NCBI RefSeq assembly: GCF_009914755.1
Contig: NC_060942.1
DNA: 64,000 nt
Strand: one strand, 5' to 3'
Origin: the human T2T-CHM13v2.0 reference genome, Homo sapiens
Shown: piece by piece, positions 16,821 through 28,547 of the stretch
Layout: each line of letters opens with the position of its first letter
Position numbering within the stretch: the first letter of the stretch is position 1
Notes under the pieces: model-generated
What the model was told of the DNA's origin: nothing
The model's input: only the letters and a program-made list of their open reading frames with translations
The model's database searches: none
Translations under genes and position numbers: made by a program

Positions 16821-18925
16821 CCAAGCAAACAACAAGAAAACCTCCAAACCAGTGCCTAACACTCTCCTTTTTACTATAACCCAACCTCTCAAGTGGGAGG
16901 AGTTTGTAGATACCAGCTGCACCAGCTATGTCAAACTCCATGGCAACTTTTCCCAAGCAAGAGAGAGGGAGAAGTAGAGGAGGGAATTCTGGAACAGATT
17001 ACTAGCTTTCATAAATGGATAATTTGCTTAGGTGATAATTTGTTCTTGATTTTCCCCCCTCTTCTGGTGAGTTCGACCATATTAATAGTTTATGAAATAT
17101 ATCACTAAATTTAACTTTAGCAACGTGTTATATGGTTTGAGAGAGAAAGAAAGAGAGAGAAAGCGATTTCAACTGCATAGGCACATAGCATAGATGAAGC
17201 AGTCCAAGGGCTCTGATCAATTCAAGTTTGGGCAATTTTATGAAGATTTCTTTATTCCAAGACAATTTGTGGTACACAGTTGATATTAGTAGCTCTGTAA
17301 TTTTTGTCATGTTTTTGTGAAATACTAGTCAAATTCATTATTTTCATGCACTATTCAAAAGCTAATAGCTCTCTGAATTTGTCAACTTCAATTCCTAATG
17401 CAGTATCAAGAAAATTAATAGGATGTCTAACCACTCTTTCAACATACTCTTCTGGCCTTAAAGGTGAAGAATATTTATCGGAATGCAGTCAACTTAGATT
17501 TTTAAGTTATAGTCAAAGCGGTTATGAAAGAAAGTATTTATAAGAGAAATATGCATTCTTTTCTGAATACTTCTTTGTATGTTACAATTGACATCTGCAG
17601 CACTGGGAAAAATTTTAGACTGAAGCTGGATATTGGAGGAAGTGGGAGGAAACAGTTATGGCTGTTGTGATTTTAGATGCTACGGAAGATATAGAGCTTC
17701 CTGTAACTGCAGTGACAGCAGGAAGGGGAGTCAGGGTGGTGGAGTATGGACTAGGGGCTGGCGAATCCTCTGGAAAGTTTCCTCTTAGGCTACTTGACGC
17801 TGGTTATCTTTCTGGGAAAGTCACTCTAGACATGATGGCTCATTCAGAGAGGCCCCTTCCGTGCTCCTCTTCGTGGAGTATGAGAACTATTCTGACTTAC
17901 AACATAAAATGTTGAAAAACCTGTATATACAGGCACTAAAAATTCCCCAAACCCAACATATAAAGGACATAGGGAATCAGAAACTTCTTTCTAAAGGACT
18001 TAAGAGTAGAAGATGTGTAGAAAATTTGACTTTAGGTATTTTGGGACAGACACTGATTAAGGGCAACTTGATCTGCATGATGAATTTCAAGTAGGACTGG
18101 GGCTTCATCAGTCATGTATCCACAATAGTCATATAGGAAATTCGTATGGACTTGAATTACTAGCTGAAACTCTTCCCCAAAGTGTCTTTGTTTAAAGGAG
18201 AGAAAAACCACTGTTCACTAAGTGTCCCAGCCAGATTACTCTGTCACTTGCTACAGCATCTCAGTGTCTGGAATTCCACATGGCTTCTTACTGTATTTTA
18301 GAGACTTCCTGCTTGTAGTAAACCACTTCCTTTGCGAGTACGTCTGCTACTGTACTTGTCTGCTACTGTACTCGCAGCGTTCCAGACCCTCACTGTCACT
18401 TTGTTACCCTACAACTATATTCAATTTAACAAAAAGGGACCCTCAGAGCTGGGAAGGGACCATCTGGACCAGCTAGTCCAGGAAGCTCAGGGTGTGTTCC
18501 TAACAGTGTCCAAAGCAGACTCCATAGAATTGGGCTTGGAGAAGGGGTGAGTCAAACTGGGGTGCTCAATGCCTCTACCAGCTTTCACCCTGCTCTGCTC
18601 CAAACAAAACAGAAAAGGGCTTGAAACTCAATGACCTAGTCCAATCCCTTCCTTTTTCAGATGAGAAAACTGGGGCCTGAAAAGCTGCTTTTCTAGATAC
18701 AAAGCACATGAGAGTGATAACGATGTAACTGCTCTAGAAATTGATATTACCTGGTTAACTGAACCTCTAGTCTCACTGTGGAAGAGAGAGGTAAAAGGTA
18801 ACACAACTTTGTAAAGCTTTGGTTTCATTTAGAGACTTTAACCTACCTAGAATGTGCTTGCCACCTCTTTTGATTCTCTTCATTATCGGAACACAGCTTT
18901 GGAGAGTTGTGCATGCTGTTGCAGG

Positions 18926-19238
18926 ATTTTTTTTTTTTTTTTAAGAGACAGTTTTGCTTTGTCACTCAGGATGAAGTGCTGTGATGCCATCACAGCTCAT
19001 TGCATCCTCCAACTTCTGAGCTGAAGCCATCCTCCAGCTTCACAGCCTCAGCCTCCCATGCAGCTGGCTCTACAGGCATGCACCACCATGTTTAGCTAAT
19101 TACAATTTTTTTTTTTTTTAAGAGGTGGGTTCTCTCTATGTTGCCCAAACTGGTCTCAAACTTTTGGCCTCAAACAATCATATTGCTTCAGCCTCCCAAA
19201 ATCTTGGGATTACAGATTTGAGCCACTGTACTTGGCCA
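18926..19238 (-). mobile_element. AluJ (diverged)
   Basis: Poly-T tail, dimeric structure, AluJ-like CCATCACAGCTCATTGCA and CTATGTTGCCC. Confidence 0.9.
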
Positions 19239-19499
19239 GGAAAGAATTTAATGGCAACTTTCATCTAGTGCTTCTCATGGCAGTGTTAGGCTGAACACTG
19301 GATACTATGGTGAAGACTGTTAGTTACTTTAAGCTTACCTTTAGTGCACAGCTCTCCTTTTACATGCCGTAAAGAAAACCATGATGAAATGATATACATG
19401 CCTAATCGACACCACACAGTTCCTGGATGACTTGTGATGACGCTGGAGGTCTTTGCTTTCACTCCTCCACCTGGCTAAGCCCATCTCTCCCTTAGACCC

Positions 19500-20280
19500 T
19501 CTGTCTAAAACTCTAGACTCTTGTCGGCATTCCCCACTTGACCTTTCCACTTGCTTGTCTGATAAACATCTCCAACTCAACAGGAACGAAAGTCAATTTC
19601 TAATCTTTTGTTCTAAGACTGTTCTCCCTGAGCATTTTTCATTTTGGTTCCTGGCAATTCTATCCTTCCAAATATCCTATCTATTCTATACTCAGGTAAA
19701 AATCCTTGGAGTCATTTTTGCCTTTTCTCTTTCTCTCACATTTTCTCTCTACTCTGAGCTAATCCTGAATTTGACCAGTTCTTGCTACTGCCACTGTCAC
19801 CACCTTGGGCAGAGTTATATCATTTATCTCCTGACTTGCTTCAGAGGCTTCCTAAGTTGCCTTTCTACTTCTGCCTTTGCATCCCACTTTCAGTCTATTT
19901 TTAGAAAAGTAGAGGGATCTTTAAGTTAAGTCAGATCATGTCATCTTCTTGTCAAAACCATCCAGTGGCTCCCCATGTCATCCAGAGAGAAACTAGAATC
20001 CTACAGGGTCCTATGTGATCTATCTTCTATTCTCTGCCCCTTTCCATGTCCCATCTGTCCATGGCCCACCACAACTCCCTCTCTGACTTCATCTTTACTA
20101 CTCTTGTTCCTGGTCACTCACTGCTCTCCAGCCACATAAGCCTCTGGGCTGAGCTTCCAATTCCCTTGGCACACTTGTGTCTTACAGCATTTGCTCTGGT
20201 GGTTCCCTCTAGCCAGATTTTGAACCTCCCACACCTTCAGGACTTTGCTTAAATGTCACTTTCTCAATAGTCATCCCAAT
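19500..20280 (+). mobile_element. L2
   Basis: CATCTCCAACTCAAC...AAGTCAGATCATGTCA...CAGTGGCTCCCCAT...GCTTAAATGTCACTTTCTCA. Confidence 0.8.
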
Positions 20281-20329
20281 GAAAATGGATAAATGATTGC
20301 CACTCCACACATCATCCCATGCCTCCAGT

Positions 20330-21270
20330 TTTTGCGTGTGGATCTCATAGAAATATTTCTAGATATGGACTAGCTGAGTTCAAGTTATACACATTTAAAA
20401 TGTTGCTGGCTCTTGCCAAACTACCATCCAGAGAGTCTTTACCAGTTTACATTTTCACCAAGAGCACATTAATTTCCTTACTCCAAACCCTTAATCATAC
20501 TCTGAATTATCATTTAAAGCCATATTTGCCAATCCCATAGTCAAAGAATAATAAATTATTATTGTTTTAATTGTAGATGCCTTAGATTACTGTTGAGGAT
20601 GATCATCTTTTTACATCTTTATTCATAATTTGTAATTTGTGCTTCTATAAATTATCACTTGTCTATTTTTCTTTTTTAAAATTGTCAAATTATTAAAGCT
20701 CTTTAAGAATTAACCATTTGTTAGTATTGCACATTGTACCTGGTTTACCTTTTATCTTTTTTATGGTGATTTCCTGATTATGCAAAAGTTTTAGATATTT
20801 AGATGTCAACTAGGTCAATCTTTTCTTCCTTTTTTTTTGAGACAGAGTCTCACTCTGTTGTCCAGGCTAAAGTGCAGTGGTGCTATCTCGGTTCACTGCA
20901 ACCTCCACCTCCCAGTTCAAGTGAACCTTGAACGCCTCAGCCTCCCAAGTATCTGGGATTACAAGTGTGTGCCACCACGCCCAGCTAATTTTTGTATTTT
21001 TAGTAGAGATGGGGTTTCACCATGTTGGCCAGGCTGGTCTTGAACTCCTGGCCTCAAGTGATTCACCCACCTCAGCCTCCCAAAATGCTGGGATTACAGG
21101 TGTGAGCCACTGTGCCTGGCCTTAACCTTTTCTTATGTGGGATCTAGTTTTCTTGTCTTGCTTAGAAAAGTGTCTGCAGTCCCACATATGAATAGTCACT
21201 CATATTTTATTCTAAGATGTTTATGATTTTATCAGTACATTAACATACAGAATTTGCAGTTTATTTAGAT
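20330..21270 (-). mobile_element. old L1 (L1ME-like) fragment interrupted by an Alu
   Basis: Antisense L1 ORF2/3' motifs TTGCCAAACT...CCAGTTTACATTTTCACCA; continues after 21121. Confidence 0.65.
20829..21121 (-). mobile_element. Alu (AluSz/Sx-type)
   Basis: Full dimer ending CCACTGTGCCTGGCC. Confidence 0.96.
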
Positions 21271-21276
21271 TTAGTA

Positions 21277-21822
21277 TGCCTGATTGATTAGAAAAATGGC
21301 TACAATTCTGCACGCTTTTGAGTATGAACCCCCATTTGCAATGTGACTTTGCTGTTCTGTTCATCAGGAGGTGGAGTTTGTTTTCCTACCTCTTAAATCT
21401 GGGCTGGCCTTGTGACTTGCTTTGACCAATCAAATGTAGTGAGAATGATATTCTGTTAGTCCCAAGACTAGACCTTCAAAGGCCCTTCATGCTCTGCTTG
21501 CTCTCTCAGAACCTTACAGTGCCATAGGAATAAGCCTGCTAGGCAGCAAGAGGCATATGACCCTGCTACTCTCATCATTTAGCTGACAGCAAGCCAACTT
21601 TTGGAGACATGAGTGAGGCCATCTTAGACCAGCTGGCCCTCAGCCAAGAAGTCAGCTGGACAGTAACTGATGGCAGACCCGTGATGAGCCTGGCCAAGTT
21701 CAGAGGAGGTTCTCTGCTGAGTCTAGGCCAAACTGATGACCCATAGAAAAGTAAACTAGACAAATGGTGGTGTTTTTATGCTCTGAGGCTTGCTTTATTA
21801 TGAAGTAGAAGTTAACTGGTAT
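21277..21822 (+). mobile_element. MLT1 (ERVL-MaLR) solo LTR
   Basis: TTGCAATGTGACTTTGCTG...AATCTGGGCTGGCCTTGTGACTTGCTTTGACCAAT hallmark. Confidence 0.85.
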
Positions 21823-21899
21823 CTGAAGTAGGGAATTTCATTTATTTATCCAAGGGTTAGTCTGTGGTCTAACATCACTACTACATACATAGTTCATCT

Positions 21900-22470
21900 T
21901 TTCTCCATTGATTCAAAATGTTGCTTTTATTTCAAATATATTGATTTGTCTGTCGCTTGTGGTATGGCCTCGCTCAATGATATGTTTCAGTATCTGGAAG
22001 GACAAGTCTCATTTCATTACTCTTTTCTCCTACAGTCTTAGCTACTCTTACATTTTTATTCTTCCAGATGAACTTGATATTATTTTTTCAAAAAGGGAAT
22101 GCTGGGTTTTTGATTGGGGTAGTATTAAACATATAATTGAAAAAATATTGACATTTAAAAAATATTGAACCATTTCATCTAGAAACACAATATTTTGAAT
22201 CATGTTTTAAGTCACATTTTATATAATTCAGAAGAATTTTTATAGTTTTTCTCATGTGGCTTTCTCACATTTCTTATAACATAGTTTATATAAAAATGGA
22301 TTTTTAAATTTATATTTTATTATTATTTTTGATATTTTGAAAAACCATTAACTTTAGTATATTAATATTGTAACTGACTACCTTACTGAGCTCTCTAATT
22401 GTTTTTAGAAAATATTTAATGTTGATATTTTTAGCTATACACATCATATCATTGCAAATAATGACAATTG
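21900..22470 (-). mobile_element. old L1 ORF2 fragment
   Basis: Minus-strand translation ...ICNDMMCI...IRELSKVVSYNINILK resembles degenerate FADDMIVY...FSKVAGYKIN. Confidence 0.7.
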
Positions 22471-23680
22471 TTCCAGGGTTTTTTTGTTTTTTTTTTTTAT
22501 CAGCTCCTGTACAAGGGTGGGGGTGGAAATGTGATTCCTGTGCACATGGGAGGTGAGAAAGGAGAGGAGAGCTCTGCAGCAAGTGCAGAGGAAAGGGTCA
22601 TACTATTAGTTGGCTTGGTGGATGGTGCATTGCTCAAAACCAGGCAACATCTATTGCTGGGGTTCAGATGTGTCTTTGGGGAAGTCTTCTGTACTAGCAG
22701 GCTGGCTACAACTGAAGCCCTATGTCTGCTAGAGGCTGAGAAACCTCTTTGGCATGGAGCTAACAGAGTGTAGCCTCCAACAGGAAAGAGGCTCTCCCCA
22801 CTTGCTGAGGGAATGCAACATGTCATCCGCATGCTGAGGATTCCAGAGATTGTAGAGCAACTTAGACTTCTTCAGGGCTCCAGAGCAGCAGCATGGTGGA
22901 CAGTGTGCTTCTCAGCAGCGTGGGCTGCCAGGCCTGGAAAATGGGATAGTACCTGGCAGAAGAAGCACTGGTTGCAGGCATAATCATGATACCTAGTGGC
23001 AGCAGCAGGGGCTGGAGGATGCAGATCTCCCTGGAAGAAATGGTACAGGTGCTTGTCATGAAGCAGCTCCCAGTGGGCATGGCAGCACTTTATGGCACCA
23101 GAGATGGTGGCTGGGGGACTTCATGTGATACCTAACTGAGCTTGCCTGTGTGAGTCCATTTGAGGCAGCCCTTGGGTATTCTAAAAAGTATACAAGGGGA
23201 CTTTGAAGGGTTTAGGGACCTGTGTGGCAGGCAAGGGTAAGAGCCAGCAAAATATGGGGAATGACTATTCCTATAATCCTCTGTACCCATGAGTGAAGGT
23301 GTGCCCTAAGCAACATGGGTTACCAAGTGAGGGGATTATTCCCAAATTGGCCATCAGAGCACTAGAAGAACAAGACCATTTGCTACCGCCTGTAGGGTTA
23401 TCTCTTCATTTCAAAGTTGTTTTAGTAGGACAAACACACATACACACACACACTCATACACACACAGAGAAGTAATCTGGGACACAGGGGGTTAAAGAAT
23501 ATTGAACAGGTTTTCTTTCTTACATAGACCCTGTCATACAGGCATACAGGGTCTCTGGTATCCTGACTCATTCAAGTCGTGGACATTTGGCTAGAGACTG
23601 AGAACCTGTAAGCCATGAAAATTACGCCATGGCTGGTTCAGGTTCTAGGGCTGTAAAAATGACAGTAAGACAGGGCTTAA

Positions 23681-24014
23681 GTAACTTTCACTTTGGTTTT
23701 CTAGTGCATTGCTTTCCTCCCTTTCTCCTTCCTTCCTTTCCTACATTTCTTTCTTCCTTCCTTCCTGGCTTGCATCACCTCCAAATAATTTGAAAACCTA
23801 TATATTTCCTCTTACATTTATATTTTACATAGAAATATTAAAAATTGTAAACAAATAATTGCAAATGACACGGTTATCAGATTATTTCATATTACATCTG
23901 TGCTTCAAATAAATTTTTTGGAGTTACAGAAGGAAGCTACAAGGAAGGCAGGCATGCAGGAAGGAAGGAAGGAAGACAGGAAGACAATGCATTAGAAAAC
24001 TAAGTGAAAGTTAC
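23681..24014. repeat. long imperfect inverted repeat (fold-back)
   Basis: GTAACTTTCACTTTGGTTTTCTAGTGCATTG at 23681 vs CAATGCATTAGAAAACTAAGTGAAAGTTAC ending 24014; (TTCC)n vs (GGAA)n inside the arms. Confidence 0.85.
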
Positions 24015-25642
24015 CTGTTATCTCTTCATAGAATGTGCCCACCACATAATTAATTGACAAAACCATTCCTCATCGTCAACCCAAACAGCCAAATTAAGCT
24101 TTCTTTCTGACAAAAAGTGGCTTCCTTGATGTTTTAAAATTCCATTCAAATGCATTCCTGGGATAACCATCCCACTTCTCAACTCTCATCCTAAAATAGA
24201 GGGAAGAAGAGAGAGTACAAGGAATGGGAATACAAACAGGCTGGGAGACTAACCTGAGTTTGTCATTTGGGTGCAATAAGACTTTGCCCCTCCATATTTT
24301 CTATTTCACTGGCTTCGATTGCCCTCACAGAGCTCTTCCTCAGGGGTCATCCTTTTTCAAATTGCCCATGGTTTTAGTGACCTGGAGGTCTTTCTGGCCT
24401 GAGGTGATGCTCCACAGTAAAACTGGGGAAGGCCATGCCATTCTTCTGTGAGGAGGGAGAGGAGGATTGTAACAGGGGCGGTGACGGAGGGGACCCTGCC
24501 TCACCATCAGAGGCTGTGCCGGGACAATCACTTTTAAGAAAAGACACGGATGTCGAGGACCCAGACCTTGATTCCTTCCACAGTGTCCAGCCCATGTATT
24601 CCCCTCACAGCCTTTGTGTGCACCAGAATCTTATGTCAATTAAAAGACTGATAGGGAACTAGCAAGAATGTAATGGAAAGGAGACAGCTCTGATTAAGTC
24701 ATGGGCAGTGCAGAGGGCCTTCGTTCTTCCCCCGGGAGGCACTCCTAAATTCAAAGCCCAATTTTGGTGTCTCAGCAGCCCACAGGGAAAGAGATCTGCC
24801 ACGTGAGGAGCCTACAGCCGGAGCTCATTTATCTCATCTATTTGTGCCATTTTAAGTGTTGGTCGGCCGGTCAATCGGTCGGACACACATCATCACCTGG
24901 AAGTTCATCCTTTTACAAAAGAAGGAAGTTCTCGTTGTGCCTGGGTTGCATTCTTCTGCCTGATCCTTCTCTCTGTGCTATTGGGTCTCCCTTACTACCC
25001 CAGCCCCCAGGTTTCAGTAAAGAGGCCAGTCTTCACCTACCACAACCCACCCTTGCTAAGCCACTGGCCTCAAGGAGAAAAGTAATCCTCCCCAAGTGCA
25101 GTGTCTCCCAGGTAATCTCTTGCCCACATTACACAGAGCCTCTGTGAGTCTTCTCACCTCAGACAGCGAGTCCTTCTCTGGATGTTCCCTGAGCTTTTTC
25201 CAATCATAACACTTAGAATGTTGACTTATGCTGACTTTTCTCCCTAAGTCATCAAGATGTTTTATTTCTCCTGCAGAATGGAAACTCTTTGGAGGTGGAG
25301 ATTTTATTTTTCCTTTTTATTCATTTTTGTTCCCTCTGCAGCATCAAGAATGGGGTGTCGCACATAGTAGGTGTTCAACAAATATTGGTTGAATTAATAA
25401 ACTTAGAGGTGACATAATATACACATAAAATAGGAGATGCAACTCAGGCCCCAAGTACAAATTCATATAAAGACAAATATTTACAACGGACGTTTTAAAC
25501 AGTTATAATGGATGTTATTGGCTCCATGTTATTGACAAAGAATTTCATGGAATCCAAGTGGATGGCCTCGCGTTTTGATGACATTTTGTGGTTAGGATAT
25601 CAAGCCTGTAACCAGGTCTGAAACTGAAGCCACCCTGTCTCT

Positions 25643-25660
25643 GGGCGTCAGGTGGCGCTC
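25643..25660 (+). promoter_or_regulatory. candidate CTCF site
   Basis: GGGCGTCAGGTGGCGCTC matches the CAG(G/A)(G/T)GGCGC core; both CpGs retained. Confidence 0.45.
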
Positions 25661-26599
25661 ATACACCACCAGAGAAGTTTTTGCAACTCAGACTGAAGTT
25701 TCTGTTTTACAAATGGGATAGCTGTGGCTCTCAGGGAAATTCTGTAAAAAAATAGATTTCCTGTGGACTACTGGGCCATAGCTCTAGTCTCCAAAGGGGA
25801 ATTTAATACACATGCATGAAAACCTTATTATAAAGCACCAAGCTTTATAATAGCTGTATTGAAGGGCAAATCCTCTTTCTGTGAACACAGACACTCTTTT
25901 CTTGCTTGGTCTTTGTGCTTTTTAAATAGCTTCCTTACAAAGAAAGAAAGACTAAAGGAAAGAGCAGGGAAAGAAAGCTAAAGAAGCAGAGTATTTTAGA
26001 CTGGAGAGTTACCGATAATCTACAAAGAAATCCAGGGCACAAGCCTGTGAGTTTGGACAAATTACTTACTCTGGGTTTTTCACACAGGAATGAGGACACT
26101 TGATTCAGTGTTTTCTGATCTTTAAAGGGAGGTGAATTTTTACACTGTACTGTCAACTCTCATCTCTTTGCTGTGCAAGTATGATTGTGCCTTGATCCCT
26201 CTCCTCCTGCCTTCTCTCCTCTCTTATTTCTTGTGTCTAAAGGGGGAGATTAGGGGTAGTTTATCAATCTGCAGGAAGCAAATGGTTAAAGAGAAACAAC
26301 AGGCTTGGCGATTTACCAATGATAAGACCCTGAGTTAGTGTCCTCCTTAAGCCTCAATTTACTTATCGGTAAGATAGGGTTAAAAATACCTATTTGGAAA
26401 GGTTGTTTTTGTAAGTATTGAACAAAATAATAAGTATACGATGAATCCTTTGCTTTCTTCTACCTTTGAATAGACAACAAATGCAGACGAAGGCTAAGAA
26501 TTTGAGTCTACAAACTTCGTGGATTCATTTTCAGTCTTATGATTTCCAAGGCATCATATCTGTTTTGCTTCAGTTGAGCTGACTCTTTGGGACATGATT

Positions 26600-26900
26600 G
26601 TCTATCCATTCATTCAGGTATGGAACAAATATTCATTGAGCACCTACTATGCTCCAGGTATTATACTAGGTACTAATAAGAATAAGTCAACAAGAACGAA
26701 ATCCTTGACCTCATGGAATGCATGTTTTGTAGCAGAAATAAGCAATAAATGAGTACACAGACATATAATATGTAATTACAAATATTTGCTATGAGGGAAA
26801 TAAACAGGTGCCATGGTTTTTTAAAAAAGTAACAGTGAGTGGAGGAATACCTCAGATACGATGGCCAGAGAAAGCCTCTCTGTGGGAGGTCAAATCAAAA
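26600..26900 (-). mobile_element. L2 3' end
   Basis: CATTCATTCA...ATTCATTGAGCACCTACTATGCTCCAGG...GACCTCATGGA. Confidence 0.8.
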
Positions 26901-26994
26901 TACAGTGGAAGTGGAGATAAAGTGAACCCTTCCCTGTGGAGTAGGTTGTGAAGCAGACCATGATCTGCTGAAAGATCTTTCTTTTATCATTCTT

Positions 26995-27282
26995 TTATTT
27001 TATTTCATTTTACTTTAAGCTCTGGGATACACGTGCAGAACGTGCAGGCTTGTTACATAGGTATACATGTGCCATGGTGGTTTGCTGTACCTATCAACCC
27101 GTCATCTAGGTTTTAAGCCCCACATGCATTAGGTACTTGACCTAATGCTCTCCCTCCCCTTGTCCCCAACCCCCCGACAGGCCCTGGCCCTGGTGTTTGA
27201 TGTTCCCCTCCCTGTGTCCATGTGTTCTCGTTGTTCAACTCCCACTTCTGAGTGAGAACACGCGGTGTTTGGTTTTCTCTTC
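26995..27282 (-). mobile_element. L1PA (approx. L1PA8-10) short 3' end
   Basis: L1PA 3'UTR; TSD ATCATTCTT at 26986-26994 and 27283-27291. Confidence 0.9.
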
Positions 27283-27475
27283 ATCATTCTTAAATTGCAA
27301 ATGCAACTATATTTATAACAATGTAATGATACCATCCATTTTTCAGTTTATATTAGCATATTTCTTTGGGAGATTCTATCAAATTTGTCTTCTTAGCCTA
27401 ACACTTTTTATTCGGCCTGGCCCAGAGTAGGTGCTCAATAAATGCTTGTTAAATGAATAAATAGTTACAACAATC

Positions 27476-27521
27476 CCCTAATGTAGGCAAGGCAGATACC
27501 CTAATGTAAGCAAGGCAGATA
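27476..27521. repeat. 23-bp tandem duplication within a MIR
   Basis: CCCTAATGTA(G/A)GCAAGGCAGATA x2. Confidence 0.9.
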
Positions 27522-28547
27522 TTATTGACCCATTGCAGAAATATTAAATCTCTGAATTATAGGGACAAGTCATATGGTTCACAAGGGAGTGGAGTGAGAA
27601 CAAGATTTTTGATTTTTTTTGAAAAATGTTTACTCCAGTGTTCTTTTATTTTCATCTTTGGAACCAAAGTCTCATCCTTATGTTTGTGGGAGTTCTCTTT
27701 CCTATATAAGAATTTCTGGGTGAGATACAGTGTAAATATCTGACAGAAAGTCTGTGCAATCTTGAACAGAATGAATTGTTTTTAAGTAACACTGGCATTA
27801 ATCTGAGTGGGGTGATCCACACCACTTACACTCCACCCATAACATTCTGGACAGGCTTATACCTGCCTATTGCTGATTGTTGGCCATGTTTCACAAACCA
27901 ATGATTAGCTCCAAAATCGTAATGCTTCTATGAGTTGCTATTGAAGAATGGCTCCAATATTCCTGAGGAAGATGTAGTGGCAGCATCATACATAGTGTAG
28001 AAAATCAATCAATTTTAGCAGTGAAGGATGGATTCCTTCACATTCCTGTCTATATTCACCTCTCCTTTGTAAACATTTTTTTTTTGGTATGAGGTAAAGT
28101 TCAGAGAGATCTGATGTGTTGGAAGATTAAATAGGTAACTACCGAGATGCTTGAATAGAACTATTTGAAGAGAAGATCTCTGGCCAGGAAAAAAAACCTC
28201 TCCTGAGCATTTAGAATGCTACCCTAGTGACTTTGTTTCCTCCTTTCGGTGGGATCTTTGTCTTGCAGCCTTTCTTGAAATACAAAATTTGTTAATCAGT
28301 CACTGTGCTAGGCTCTGGGAGAGATGCAAAGAAAAATATGTTTCTTCCAAGAAATTTATTCATTCATTTATTCCAGAGTATTTCTTGAACAACACCCTCT
28401 ATGTCAGAGACTGGACTAGGCTTTAGGGGAGCTAAATAGCTAACATATTTTGAGTGCTTACTATGGGCAGGCACTGACTGTTCAAAGTGTGTTTCATGTG
28501 TTAACACATAGTCTCACAATCTCCCTTTATAAACCAGAAAGTGAGGT

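Noticed and set aside
17250-17921. Possible minus-strand last exon (GFSTFYVVSQNSSHTPRRGARKGPL*, AATAAA at ~17251)
   Set aside because: Weak pyrimidine tract, a competing GTAAGT donor 20 nt in, unrecognised peptide and no supporting upstream coding exons.
24340-24662. Three overlapping 63-75 aa ORFs
   Set aside because: Explained by locally higher GC; no homology recognised and no coherent splice structure.
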